Assembly: GCF_030028105.1 (NCBI RefSeq)
Contig: NC_092377.1
Location: forward strand, 3,849,079 to 3,913,078
Source of the DNA: Mobula birostris
Taxonomy: Eukaryota
Length of the DNA stretch: 64,000 bases
Reading direction: 5' to 3'
Position 1 is the first letter of the stretch. The number at the start of each line of letters is the position of its first letter. The translations under genes and the position numbers were made by a program. This document shows positions 1-13,340 of the stretch, one piece after another. Below the pieces are notes generated by a model, which made no database searches, was not told the origin of the DNA, and was given only the letters and a program-made list of their open reading frames with translations.

Positions 1-159
1 AGGATATCGTCTCAAAATAGAGGGGCATTATTTAATAACAAAGATTAGGAGGAACTTCATTAGCCAGAGTGTGGTGAATCTGTGGAATTTGTTGTCACAG
101 GGATCTGTGGAAACTAAGTCACTGGGTATTTTTAAGGAAGAGGTTGATAGTTTCTTGAT

Positions 160-1215
160 TAAAACCATAGAAACTACAGCACAGAAACAGGCCTTTTGGC
201 CCTTCTTGGCTGTGCTGAACCATTTTCTGCCTAGTCCCACTGACCTGCACACGGACCATATCCCTCCATACACCTCCCATCCATCTATCTGTCCAATTTA
301 TCCTTAAATGTTAAAAAAGAACCCGCATTTACCACCTCGTCTGGCAGCTCATTCCATACTCCCACCACTCTCTGTGTGAAGAAGCCCCCCCTAATGTTCC
401 CTTTAAACTTTTCCCCCCTCACCCTTAACCCATGTCCTCTGGTTTTTTTCTCCCCTTGCCTCAGTGGAAAAAGCCTGCTTGCATTCACTCTGTCTATACC
501 CATCATAATTTCATATACCTCTAACAAATCTCCCCTCATTCTTCTACGCTCCAGGGAATAAAGTCCTAACCTATTCAACCTTTCTCTGTAACTGAGTTTC
601 TCAAGTCCCGGCAACATCCTTGTAAACCTTCTCTGCACTCTTTCAACCTTATTTATATCCTTCCTGTAATTTGGTGACCAAAACTGAACACAATACTCCA
701 GATTCGGCCTCACCAATGCCTTATACAACCTCATCATAACATTCCAGCTCTTATACTCAATACTTTGATTAATAAAGGCCAATGTACCAAAAGCTCTCTT
801 TACGACCCTATTTACTTGTGACACCACTTTTAGGGAATTTTGTATCTGTATTCCCAGATCCCTCTGTTCCACTGCACTCCTCAGTGCCTTACCATTAACC
901 CTGCATGTTCTATCTTGGCTTGTCCTTCCAACGTGCAATACCTCACACCTCCAATCTTTGTATCATCAGCAAATTTGCTGATCCAATTTTCCACATTATC
1001 ATCCACATCATTGATATAGATGACAAATAACAATGGACCCAGCACTGATCCCTGTGGCACACCACTAGTCACAGGCCTCCACTCAGAGAAGCAATTCTTT
1101 ACCACCACTCTCTGGCTTCTTCCATCGAGCCAATGTCTAATCCAATTTACCACCTCTAGATGTATACCTAGCGACTGAATTTTCCTAACTAACCTCCCAT
1201 GCGGGACTTTGTCAA
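160..1215 (-). mobile_element. CR1 LINE 3' fragment (RT C-terminus and tail)
   Basis: ORFs 285-938 and 881-1222 carry CR1 ORF2 motifs: [36 protein letters not shown]. Confidence 0.9.
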
Positions 1216-1904
1216 TGGTCATTAGTCAGGACATGTAGGGATACGGGGAGAAGGTAGGAGATTGGGGCTGAGAGGGAATGTGGGTCAGCCATGATGATAT
1301 GGCAAAGCAGAGTCGATGGGCCAAATGGCCTAATTCTGCTCCTAAGTCTTATGGTCTTTTGGTCTTATTGAGTAAAATAAAAGTGACTTCATACATATTG
1401 AGGAGGGAGCTGTAGAAAATCAGCGCTTTGTAGTCACATTTTTCAGACTTTTAACAAGGTCCAATCAGAGTTTGAAGGTGAAAAGGAAGAGTGACATCAC
1501 CCACGTCGAGGAGGGAGCTTTACAAAATAAGCACTTTGTAGTTGTTTTTTCAAAGCTTGAACAGTGAGAAATTGGAGCTCAGGATTCATTAGTAAGATCA
1601 AATAAACAAAAGGCAGGGGCAAGCGGGGTGGCTGTGTTGGAGCAGGTCAATGTTGGAGATGTATGACTTTTGGCTTTGGCCGAACAGGCTTGGGTGATAA
1701 CAGGCATGGCCAACATAAGTATCTGGTAAGCTTTTTGTCTCATTCTTCATTTGATAGTGTATAGTTAGGGCAGTAAGAATGGCAGCAGGATCTGTGTTTT
1801 GTTCTTTGTCTGGGATGTGGGAATCCTGGGAGACCTCTGTCCTCTCAGATTACCAACTCTGCAGAAGGTTTATCATGTATAGAAATGACCCAGATGAAAA
1901 TGTA

Positions 1905-2186
1905 AGCAACACACATCAAAGTTGCTGGTGAACGCAGCAGGCCAGGCAGCATCTGTAGGAAGAGGTGCAGTCGACGTTTCAGGCCGAGACCCTTTGTCAG
2001 GACTAACTGAAGGAAGAGTGAGTAAATCCCTTACTCACTCTTCCTTCAGTTAGTCCTGACGAAGGGTCTCGGCCTGAAACGTCGACTGCACCTCTTCCTA
2101 CAGATGCTGCCTGGCCTGCTGCGTTCACCAGCAACTTTGATGTGTGTTGCTTGAATTTCCAGCATCTGCAGAATTCCTGTTGTTTG
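1905..2186. mobile_element. Penelope-type terminal-repeat element forming a 122-bp hairpin
   Basis: Arms 1904-2025 and 2031-2152 are reverse complements (one mismatch) around a 5-nt loop. Flanked by the 14-bp direct repeat CAGATGAAAATGTA (1891-1904, 2187-2200). Family assignment is from recollection of similar repeats. Confidence 0.7.
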
Positions 2187-2759
2187 CAGATGAAAATGTA
2201 GATGGGTAGGTTCAAAGTGTGCTGATGATACCAAGATTGGTGGAGTTGTGGATAATGTAGAGGACCGGCAAAAAAGTATAATGTGATATAGATTAGTTGC
2301 AAATATGGGCAGATAAATGTCAGACAGAGTTCAACCCAAATAAATGTGAGGTGTTACACCTTGGTAGGCTAAGCCCTTTAACAGTGCTGCCGAGCAGAGG
2401 GATTTTGGGGTCCAAGGACAGAGCTTCATGAAAGTGGCTACACAGCTTGATATGATGTTTCAAGAGGCTAATGGAAAATTTTCTTTATTGCAAATTTGTT
2501 TTTTTTTTTTGGAGTGACAGAGGCTGACGGGAGATCTGATAGAGGTTTACAGGATTATGAGAGACAAAGATAGAGTGGACAGGAAGTATCATTATCCCAG
2601 GATAAAAATGCTTAATAGCAGAGGGCATGTATTGAAGATGAGAGGGGGTCAGCTCAAAGGAGATGTGAAGGGTAAACTTTTTATTCAGAGAGCGGACTGC
2701 ACGGTCTGGTATTGTGGTGGAGGCAAATACATTAGAGGCTTTTAAGACACATTCAGATG

Positions 2760-3285
2760 AATTATTATTATTATTATTACTTGCCGCCAAACAATTGATA
2801 CTAGAGTGTACAATCATCACAGCGATATTTGATTTTGCGCTTCGCACTCCCTGGAGTACAAATCGATATTAAATATAATAAAAATTTAAATTGTAAATGA
2901 TAAGTAGAAAATAGAAAAGGGGAAGTAAGGTAGTGCCAAAAAAACTAAGAGGCAGGTCCGGATATTTGGAGAGCACGGCCCAGATCCGGGTCAGGATCCG
3001 TTCAGCAGGCTAATCGCAGTTGGAAAGAAGCTGTTCCCAAATCTGGCTGTACGAGTCTTCAAGTTCCTGAACTTTCTCCCGGAGGGAAGAGGGACGAAAA
3101 GTGTTTTGGCTGGGTGGGTCGTGTCCTTGATTATCCTGGCAGCACTGCTCCGACAGCGTGTGGTGTAAAGTGAGTCCAAGGACAGAAGATTGCTTTGTGT
3201 GATGTGCTGGGCCGTGTTCATGATCTTCTGTAGCTTCTTCCGGTCTTGGACAGGACAACTTCCACACCAGGTTGTGATGCACCCT
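2760..3285 (-). mobile_element. Rex1/Babar-type LINE 3' fragment
   Basis: ORF 2991-3221 contains LPSGRKFR...RFGNSFFPTAISLLN; (ATT)n tail near 2760. Confidence 0.75.
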
Positions 3286-3289
3286 ATGA

Positions 3290-6130
3290 TAGTAAGCTCG
3301 GCAATAATATCAAAAATGATGCCAAAAGTTAGTTTAGATAAATAAAAAGTTTAAAAAAGAGGCAAAAGTAGATATTGGACCACTGAGAAATGATGCTGAA
3401 GAGATAGTAACTGGAGACAAGGAAATGGTGGATGACCTGAATCAGTATTTTGTATCAGTCTTCACTATGGCAGACACTGGTAGTATACCTAAAGTTCGAG
3501 AGTATCGGGGACAGAAGTGAATACACTTGATATTACTAAGTAGATGGCGCCCGGGAAACTGTAAGAGCTGAAGTTACATAAGTCATCCGGACATGATGGA
3601 CTACAACCTAGGGTTCTTAAAGAAGTAGCTGAAGAGATTATGGAGGCATTAATATTGAATTTTCAAGAATCATAGAATCGGGAATGGTTCTGGAGGACTG
3701 GAAAATCCAACTGTCACTGCACAGAGGCAGAAGAAAGGAAATTATAGGCCAGTTAGCCTGACCTCAGTGGTTGGGAAGATGTTGGAGTTGATTGTTAAGG
3801 ATGTGGTGTCAGGGTACTTGGAGGCACACGACAAAATAGGCCAAGATCAGCATGGTTTCCTTAAGGGAATACCTTGCTTGAGAGATTTGTTGAAATTCTT
3901 TGAAAAAATAACAAGCAGGATAGATAAAGGAGAATCAGTGGATGTTTGTGTACTTGGATTTTTAAAAGTCTCCCACAAGCTGCTGGACAAGAGGATGCTA
4001 AACAAGATAATAGCTCAGGGAGTTACTGGAAAGACACAAGCATGGACAGAGCATTGGCTGATGGCAGGAGACAGAGGTTGGGAATAAAGGGATCCGTCGC
4101 CATCACTTCCAACTGCTGAGAAGTGGCAGATTGAGTTCAACTCAGATAAGCATGAGCTGGTTCATTTTGGTAGGTCAAATATGATGGTAGAATATAGTAT
4201 TAATAGTAAGACTCTTGACAGTGTGGAGGATCAGAGGGATCTTGGAGTCCAAGTCCATGGGACACTCAAAGCTGCTGTGCATGTTGACTCTGTGGTTAAG
4301 AAAGCATACAATGCATTGGTCTTCATCAATCGTGTGATTGAGTTTAAGAGCCGAGGGGTAATGTTCAAGCTAAATAGGACCCTAGGTCAGAACCCACTTG
4401 GAGTACTGTGCTCAATTCTAGTTGCCTCACTATGGAAGGACGTGGAAACCATAGAAAGGGTGCAGAGGAGATTTACAAGAATGTTGCCTGGATTGGGGAG
4501 CATGCTTTATGAGAATAGGTTGAATGAACTCAGCCTTTTCTCCTTGGAGCGATGGAGATGAGAGGTGACCTGATAGAGGTGTACAAGATACTGAGAGGCA
4601 TTCATCATGTGGATAGTCAGAGGCTTTTTCCCAGGGCTGAAATGGCTGACAAGAGAGGGCACCGTTTTAAGGTGCTGGGGAGTAGGTACAGAGGAGATGT
4701 CAGGGTTAGCTTTTTACACAGAGAGTGGCGAGTGTGTGGAATGGGCCGCTGGCAGCGGTGGTGGAGGTGGGTACAATAGGGACTTTTAAGAGACTCCTGG
4801 ATGGATACATGGAGCTTAGGAAAATAGAAGGCTATGGGTAAGCCTAGGTAGTTCTAAGGTAAGGACATGTTCAGCACAGCTTTGTGGGCTGAAGGGCTTG
4901 TATGGTGCTACAGGTTTTGTATGTTTCTACAAATCTGTTGGATTTCTTTGATGAAATAACCATCAGGAGAGACAAAACAGAATGTTGTGTACTTGGATTT
5001 TCGGAAGTCTTTTGACAAGGTGCCACACATCAGGCTGCTAACAAGCTGCGAGACCATAGTATTACAGGAAAGATTCTGGCATGGACAAAGCAGTGACTGA
5101 TTGGAAAGATGCAAAGAGTGGGAATAAAGTGAGCCTTTTCTGGTTGGCTACCAGTGACTAGTGATGTTCTACAGTGGTCTGCGTTGGGTCTGATTCTTTT
5201 TACATTATATGTCAGTGATTTGGATCATAGGTGGAGAGGCAGGTCATTTTGAGGAGGTAGAGAGGCTACAAAAGGACTTTGACAGAATAGGAGAGTGGGC
5301 AAAGAAATGGCAGATGGAATATAATGTCGGGAAGTGTATGGTCATGCACTTTGGTGCAACAAATGAAAAAAATGACTGTTTTCTAAATGGAGAGAAAATA
5401 CAAAAAATCTCAAGTGTGAAGGGACTTAGGAATCCTTCTGCATTATTCCCTGAAGCTTCATATGCAGGTTGAGTATGTGGTGAGGATGGCAAATGCAATA
5501 TTAGCAATCATATCAACAGTACTAGAATATAAAAGCAAGGATGTAATGTTGAAACTTTATGAAACACTGAAGAAGCTTCACTTGAAGTATTGTGAGCAGG
5601 TTTCAACCCTTTACCTTTGAAAGGATGTGCTGAAACCAGAGAGGGTTCAAAGGAGATTCAGAAAACGATTTCAGGATTGAATGGCTTGTCATATGAGGAG
5701 TGTTTGATGGCTCTGGGAATGAAGCCTGGCCTCACTGAAACCTGTCAACTGATGATCGGCCTTGATAGAGTGGATGTGGAGAGGATGTTTCCTGTGGTGG
5801 GAGAGTCATAGACCAGAGGATACAACCTCAAAATAGAGAGGCATCCCTTTAGAACGGAGATGAGGAGGAACTTCTTTAGCCAGGGAGCAGAGAATCTGCG
5901 GATTTCATTGGCACAGGCAGCTGTAGAGGCGTAGAGGCCAGGTCTTTATGTATATTTAAGGAAGAGGTTGATAGATTCTTGATTGGTCAGGGCATGAAGA
6001 GATATGGGGAGAAGGATGGAGATTGGGGCTGAGAGGGCAATTAGATCAGCTATGATGAAATGGCAGAGCAGACTCGATGGGCCAAATGGTCTAATTCTGC
6101 TTCTATATCTTAAGGTCTTCCGGTCTTATG
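3290..6130 (+). mobile_element. Degenerate CR1 ORF2 with a second CR1 3' piece (about 4105-4930) inserted
   Basis: ORFs 3767-4087, 4181-4561, 5209-5472 and 5617-5811 are CR1 RT fragments; TCTT-type tail near 6105-6130. Confidence 0.85.
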
Positions 6131-6481
6131 AACATAGAACTGGTCTTCTGATCTTATCCTTGCAAGTGGAACAAATGCCCTACCTACCCCGACACGTCCT
6201 CCCTCACTACCATTCAGGGCCCCAGACAGTCTTTCCAGGGAGCTGACAATTCTTGACCATCAGGGGCTTTCAGAAGTGCTGAGAGACCTTGCCAGCTTTG
6301 ACAAGGGTACAGTGGAGATTTGGCTCCTACCCTCGGCTTTCAGAGGAATTTTGTAGACAGGGCCTGTTCTCTCCAATTCCGCGTCTCAGTAACAGTGTTC
6401 GAAACCAGGTCCCCCACACAGCACCTTGATCCACCACCCTCCCCCAAGCGGGGTGTGAAGTGACAATCTTCTCCCTTACAG

Positions 6482-6826
6482 GTGCAGACGTTCCTGTCCT
6501 TATCCAGTCCCCGAGCATACAGCGTGTCACTGAGGGTCACACGGCGTGGTTATGGTGTACCATGAGCAAAGCCAGGCTGGAAGACACCGACGTCCACTGG
6601 TATCGGAAACTACTTGGGCAGGACATGGAGTGGATTTTAACACACAGGGTAGGAGGCAGATCAGAGTGGGGATGGGGTTTCACTGGGAGGTTCCAGCCCT
6701 ACAGAGACACATCCAACAGCAGCTTCACCCTGACAGTCACAGATGTGGTGCACAGTGATTCTGCCGTCTATTACTGCAGAGTGTGGGGAGACATCGACGG
6801 GAACAGCACCCAGCTCATCGTAACCA
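6482..6826 (+). CDS. Ig V-set exon 1 (germline VJ-type domain, 'type A') of a multi-V receptor gene
   Basis: Acceptor ctcccttacAG (6480-81) and donor GTgagt (6827), phase 1/1. Translates GADVPVLIQSP...WLWC...VHWYR...DSAVYYCRVWGDIDGNSTQLIVT, with canonical V-set Cys, Trp and YYC plus a J-like G strand in the same exon. Confidence 0.92.
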
Positions 6827-7139
6827 GTGAGTACAAGTTCTATTTATTCAGCAGTGTGTTCCTGCATTGGGAGTTATTCCCCACCACTCACTTCCCGTGG
6901 CTGGGCACGTTGTACTGAAGAACACACAGTGTAATACTGGAGCCCCATCACTGGGACACGATCCAGAGCACTGTGGCCCCTAACTCATGGGTGGGGAGCA
7001 CCAACATGGTGACTGACCGTCTGCTCTGTGTGTCCAGTTGGATTATTGAAAATAAATTTCAATGTGGAGTGTGTTATCACAGGAGAGAAAAGGAGAAACT
7101 GTTCAGTGTTCAGAGTCAGAGATCATGGTCTCGAGGCAC

Positions 7140-8310
7140 GACTGTGCAAACGCATGGATGTCAGCCAGTTCGAACAGTGGGAAGAGCTTAAAAGGAGACA
7201 GTCTTACTGAGCGAGTAACACAGTAGAGGGAATCAGGGTTGAAGGGCTTTGGCACAACGGAGCTAGAGCGATAATGGGTGGAGGCGAGGTAGGTTGCCTA
7301 TGTAGAATACAGACAGAAAGTATGTGTGTGAGGCCGGCGTTCTGTGCTCCGTGTCAGATGTGGGAAGTCCGGAAGACTCCCAGCCTCCCGGACGGCCACA
7401 TCTGCACCAGGTGCGTCGAGCTGCAGCTCCTTGGGGACCGTGTTAGGGAACTGGAGAAGCAGCTCCATGCTCTTTGTCTGGTCAGGGAGAATGGAGAGGT
7501 GATAGATAGCAGCTATAGGCAAGAAGGAGATCCCCAGATAAGTGTGAGGTGGTTCATTTTGGTAGGTCAAATATGACGGCAGAATATAGTATTAATGGTG
7601 AGACTCTTGGCAGTGTGGAGGATCAGAGGGATCTTGGGGTCCGAGTCCATTGGACGCTCAAAGCTGTTATGCAGGTTGAATCTGTGGTTAAGGCGGCATA
7701 TGGTGCATTGGCCTTCATCAATCGTGGGATTGAGTTTCGGATCCGAGAGGCAAAGTTGCAGCTACGTAGCACCCTGGTCAGACCCCCCACTTGGAGTACT
7801 GTGCTCAGTTCTGGTCACCTCACTACAGGAAGGATGTAGGAACCATAGAAAGGGTGCAGAGGAGATTTACAAGGATGTTGCCTGGATTGGGGAGCATGCC
7901 TTATGAGAATAGGTTGAGTGAACTCGGCCTTTTCTCCTTGGAGTGATGGAGGATGAGAGGTGACCTGATAGAGGTGTATAAGATGATGAGAGGCATTGAT
8001 TGTGTGAATTGTCAGAGGCTTTTTCCCAGGGCCAATATGAGAGGGCACAGTTTTAAGGTGCATGGAAGTAGGTACAGAGGAGATGTCAGGGGTAAATTTA
8101 TTCCACAGAGTAATGAGTGTGTGGAATGGGCTGCCAGCGACGGTGGTGGAGGCGGATACGATGGGGTCTTTTAAGAGACTCCTGGATAGATACATGGAGC
8201 TCAAAAAAATAGAGGGCTATGGGTAACCCTAGGTAATTTCTATAGTAAGGACATGTTCGGCACAGCTTTGTGGACCAAAGGGCCTGTATTGTGCTGTAGG
8301 TTTTCTGTTT
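7140..8310 (+). mobile_element. CR1 fragments (ORF1 Cys-rich N-terminus joined to RT 3' end)
   Basis: CAPCQMWE...HICTRCVELQLL (CR1 ORF1) followed by VEDQRDLGVRVH and MRGDLIEVYK motifs. Confidence 0.8.
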
Positions 8311-9064
8311 CTCTGTTTCTTCAATCTGAATCAGGTTTAATATCACAGGTGTATGTATTGAAATTTGTTAACTTAGCAGCAGCAGTAGAATGCAATAAAT
8401 AATAATATTAATTAAAGTAAATATATATATCAAATAGTTACATTAAAAATAGTGCAAAAAGAAAAGTAACATTAAAAAGTGAGGTAGAGTTCATGGCTTC
8501 AACGTCCATTTTAGAATCGAATGGTAGAAGGGAAGAAACTCTCCCTGTATCACTGAGTATGTGCCTTCAAACTTCTGTACCTCCTTCCTGACAGTAACAA
8601 TGAGAAGAGGGCATGTCGTGCGTGATGGGGGTCCTTAATAATGGCCGTCTCCTCTCTGAGGTGCCGTCTCCCTCAAAAGCTCCGAAACTGTGGAATTCAA
8701 TACCTAAAACCATAAGGGATACAGACTCCATTGATATATTTAAATGCCAACTGAAAAACTATTATTTAACCTTGTTTTCATCTGACATCTTTTCAAAGTT
8801 CAATGTTCGAAGTAAATTTATTATCAAATTACAAATCTGCCACCATATACAGCCCTGAGACTAAATAATAGAATAATAACCTTTATAGAATCAATGAACG
8901 ACTGCACCAACTTGATCAGGTCACTGACTTGAGTAAAGAGGCTGTAAATTATTTTTGTGGTTGACATTTAATTAAATTTTAGAAATTGTTAAATGCTGGG
9001 GAAACATACCGCCTTGTATTGAGCTCCATAAATATACATTAATGTCTACATATCCAACACACAG

Positions 9065-9412
9065 ATCCCGCGGATGATCCCGTCCTTGTGCAGGATCCAC
9101 CAATCAGCAAGGTGCCGGAGGGTGTAACTGTCCAGCTCCACTGTGCCTTGTATAATGCCAGTGTGACTGTCACCGATGTCCACTGGTACCACCAGCGGCC
9201 TGGGAACAAGAGCGAGTGGGCGTTGAGTCACTTTGTGAATGACTCTGTGAGCAGGTCTGGGTATATCTCTGACCGTTTTCAGTCTTACAGGAATGTCGTG
9301 AATAACAGTTACATTCTGGCCATCAGCAACACATCTATTAGTGACACTGCAGTGTACAACTGCAGAGTGTGGAGTTACATCTACGGAGGAGGAACACAGC
9401 TCAATGTAACTG
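9065..9412 (+). CDS. Ig V-set exon 2 (germline VJ-type domain, 'type B')
   Basis: Acceptor caacacacAG (9063-64) and donor GTaagt (9413), phase 1/1, in frame with exon 1. Translates PADDPVLVQDP...LHC...VHWYHQ...DTAVYNCRVWSYIYGGGTQLNVT; YGGGT resembles the J motif FGxGT. Confidence 0.92.
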
Positions 9413-9839
9413 GTAAGTCAATGTCAGTTCACACTGACAATAACAGCATCTCAGTATTCAACCTTCACACGATGACTGTCAGACACAGGGGGTTCTGTAA
9501 TGTCCCCAGTAGAACAGAAAGTCGGATGGTTTTCCCTGGAGTGTAAACTGGGAACAGTTGGGAAATGGAAAAGTGGGAAAGGACAAGTACTCTGGAATAA
9601 TATAGAAAATCTTGGCAAGTCATTTTGTGGATGAACAGGATTTTCTCTGTACCTCAGTACGTGTGACAATAATAAACCAATTTACTAAGAGCTCGCCCTG
9701 TGGGTGTGAGTTGTCAGAACTGGACGATGTTACCAATCGGAAAAACAGCCAGAACAAGTGGACAGGAGAAGAGGATAAAATAATGTGTGTAAAAGAAATA
9801 GACTGGCCATGCAGAAGCAAAGTTATTAGAGTCATCAAG

Positions 9840-11740
9840 TCATAGAAAAAAGCAGCAGAGAAACAGGCCCTTCAGCCCATCTAGTCCATGCTGAACCATT
9901 TAACCTGCCTATTCCCATTGACCTGCATTGGGACCGCCATACCCCTACTGTCCACGTTCCTTTCTTAACCTCCCGCAAACACCATTTGCACCGGCAACTC
10001 GTTCACACAATCCCACAACACTTAGAGTGAAGAAATTACACTTGTAATCTTTAACTCTTCTTCTGACAGGCGTGTCTGAGCTTCGTGCTCTCAAATTTTC
10101 ACCTTTGAAGTCTTCCCACTTACTATCTTTGCCAGAAAACAGCCTGTCCCAATCCACACTTGCCAGATCCTTTCTGATACCATCAAAATCGGCCTTTCTC
10201 CAATGTAGAATCTCAACCCTTGGACCAGACCTATCCTTTTCCATAATTGTCACGTCGGATTTCTTTTTCTTCTTTGAACATGTGCAGCTTCCCCACTTGA
10301 AAGAGATTGAATGTGTCTACCCAAGGGTTTTTTAACTAGATTCCACTCAATGACCAAGCAACTTTTCCTGTTTCCTCCTTTTATTTTTCGCAAATGCAGC
10401 AGTTTGATAGTTCCACCAACCATTATTCACTAGTCATAAATCATAAGACACAAGTCATTAGGTGAAAAACTGGCTACCTCTCGGACTTTGTAGATGGATT
10501 CGACCTGCACAGTCTCCGCTCCCGAATAGACGGTTCTGTTTTCAAACCGGGCGACCCTTCCCAAAGGTTCCCAAGCTCTTTAAACCTCGCGCCATTTCCC
10601 CGAGGCGCCTGCGCGCGAGGATCCGCGTGATGTGACGTGCATCTCGCGCCATTTCCCCGAGGTGCCTGCGCGCGAGGATCCGCGTGACGTGACCTGAAGC
10701 TCGCGCTAACCCGAAACGCAGTGACGTCAGTGCGCTTCTCCATGAAACAGTTTCTCAAGTTATTTAAAGTTCAGCATCTTACCGCAGATTCCAACGCTGC
10801 TCCCGGACTGCCGCTGGGATGCTGCTGGGTCCTCCCGATGTTCCGGGCAGAAGCCACACTCAGGCAGTGAGTTCTATCCGTGGATTCGCACTATTAGTTT
10901 TAAATTTTATTTTCTTTTGCCTCTCGGTCCCAGTACTTTCTAGGTTCTCTAGTTTGACTTGACAATAATTACCTTGAAACTAATGGCATTATGATCACTA
11001 AATGCAAGGTGTTCCCCTACACAAACTTCCGTCACCTGCCCTGTCTCATTCGCTTATAGCAGATCAAGTCTTGCCCACTATCTCGTTCGGACTTCTGCAT
11101 ACAGATTAAGGTAACTTTCCTGAACACATTTGACAAACTCTGTCCAATCTAGTTTTTTTTTTACAGTATGGGAGTCCCAACCAATATGTGGAATGTTAAA
11201 ATCATTTACTCTAACAATTCTATGTTTCTTGCAACTGTCTGCGATTTGTTTACAGATTTGTTCATCCAAGTCCCTAGGACTGTTGGGTGGTCTGTAATAT
11301 AGCCCCATTAACGTGGCTATAACAATCTCATTTCTCAGTTCCACCTATAATGTTTCACTAAACAACTTCTCCAGTCTGTCCTGGTGGAGTACTGCTGTGA
11401 TATTTTCTGACTAGTAAGGCTACCCCCCCTCCGCTATTCCTTCCTGCTCTGTCACACATAAAACAGCGGAACCCCAGTCCTGCCTCTCCTGCAACCAAGT
11501 GTCACTAATGGCTACAACGTTATATTCCAGATGTTGATCCATGCCCTGAGCTCGTCCACTTTCCCTTGATATTCCTTGCATTGAAATATACACAGCTCAG
11601 GACACTAGTCACACCATGCTCAAACTTTTGATTCCTGTCTGAGATCTTAACAGCATCTACCTCCACAACCTCTCCACTAACTGTTCTAGCACTCTGGTTC
11701 CCATCCCCATGCAACTCTACTTTAAAAACCACCATGCAGA
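9840..11740 (-). mobile_element. CR1 endonuclease/ORF2 fragments, interrupted by a CpG-rich segment
   Basis: ORFs 9945-10253, 11078-11344 (YRPPNS) and 11520-11735 (YFNAR). Confidence 0.7.
10586..10693. repeat. CpG-rich 51-bp direct repeat x2 (period 57) next to a CRE palindrome
   Basis: ctcgcgccatttccccgagg(c/t)gcctgcgcgcgaggatccgcgtga(t/c)gtgac at 10586 and 10643; TGACGTCA at 10722-10729. Confidence 0.85.
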
Positions 11741-12879
11741 TGAGGAAACTTACCCCCCTCCACCCCTGTGCAGCACTATTGAATGTGGCTTTTTTTTTAA
11801 AGATATCCGGTAGTGACTCCCATCACCTTCTAGCCTCTATATCATCCATCCCTCCATTCCTTTATTCTGGATGTCTTCTTTCTGCACTCAGTCCTGATAC
11901 AGGATCCCAGTTCAAAGTGTCTGAAATCCTTTCTTCCCCTGGATGTTTTCGACCAACCCTCATTGTGCTTCTTTCTTCAGCAAGTCTGCAACAGATCCCA
12001 GCATCTACAGCCTCTTTTGTCAGCATGCTTTTTGAGAGTATGGTTCTTTGCTTCTTGAGAACAGTCCTTATGTTAGGTAGTCCTTATTTCAATTCTTTGT
12101 ATAAGCTCAATTTTCTTATGCATTAAAGGAGACAGAGTAATTTCATGGGCTGTGGCCAGATATTAAAGAGATGGAAGCAACAAGCTCAAAACGCTGGAGG
12201 AACTCAGCAAGCAAGGCAGTAACTATGGAAATGAGTACAGTCGACATTTCAGCCTGATACCCTTCATCGGACTAAAGAGATGGGTAGAATTTTCCTTGAG
12301 AAGAATATAGGATGCAGGTTTCCATGAAGAAATGCAGCTTCCCACTGACTCCTGGGAATCACTGGCCCATGACCAAGGAAGGAATATTCAGGATGGTATC
12401 GAGAATTTTGAGGCCCTGCATTGGGAACACACGGAAACACTGCTGAAGGAGCACCACCTTATAAACCATTACACAATATTCTTGATCCACGGTCACCAGG
12501 ATATCACATCACTACAGAAATATGTAGTTGAAACCTTTTGCCATAAAGATTATCACATATTTACTCACCACACCTACATGTCACCTTCATTACACAAGTA
12601 GGGCAACCAGGTTCCTTTGGACACCAACACTTTTCAATCCCATTCTTTCCATCTGACAATTCACTCACCTGTTATGTCTGTCTGAAATCTCTCCACATTC
12701 TCCTCATAGCCACACTGCCAATCAGTAACTTTATCCATCACACAGTCCCCTCACCAACATCACCGATACCCCAACACTCAGAGTCACACAATCCTAAAAT
12801 GGCCATTTGTGTTTCAGAAATTGGTTCTGAACGGACTGTTTTCTGTTCATAACCAATCCACAGTCCACATTAATACGTC

Positions 12880-13340
12880 ATCAAGAACCAACTAAGATGG
12901 AGCAGTCATATTGTTCGGATGAAAGACAGATGTCTGCCGAAACAAATCTTCTACTCCCAGTTTAAAGAAGGCAAACATAAGAGGCAGACAACAGAAGAGA
13001 TTCAAAGATGTCTTAAAAGCCAACATGAAGAAATGTGACATCAACATCAACAATTGGGAAACCAATGCCAAGGACAGGAAACTCTGGCAAACCATCATCC
13101 GAGAAGGAACAGCAACTTTTGAAGCCAACAGATGTGCAGAATTAAAAGAAAAGAGAAGAAAATGGAAAGAGAGGCAGCAACAACCAAAGCCCGATCTGCC
13201 ATCTGGAACTACCTGTCCTGAATGCAGAAGAACTTTCAAAGCCAAGATTGGATTCATAAGCCACTTGAAAGCCCATAAATAGATCAACGGAATGAAGACC
13301 ATCATCCTCGACCTCGAGGGATAGCCATGATGACGATTAC
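12880..13340 (+). mobile_element. RTE-clade LINE 3' fragment
   Basis: WETNAKDRKLW...CPECRRTFKAKIGFISHLKAH C-terminus followed by an (ATG)-like tail. Confidence 0.75.

Noticed and set aside
6751-6931. CACAGTG heptamers at 6751 and 6925 as recombination signals
   Set aside because: No nonamer at 12 or 23 bp; one lies inside framework 3 and the other in the intron after the J-like strand.
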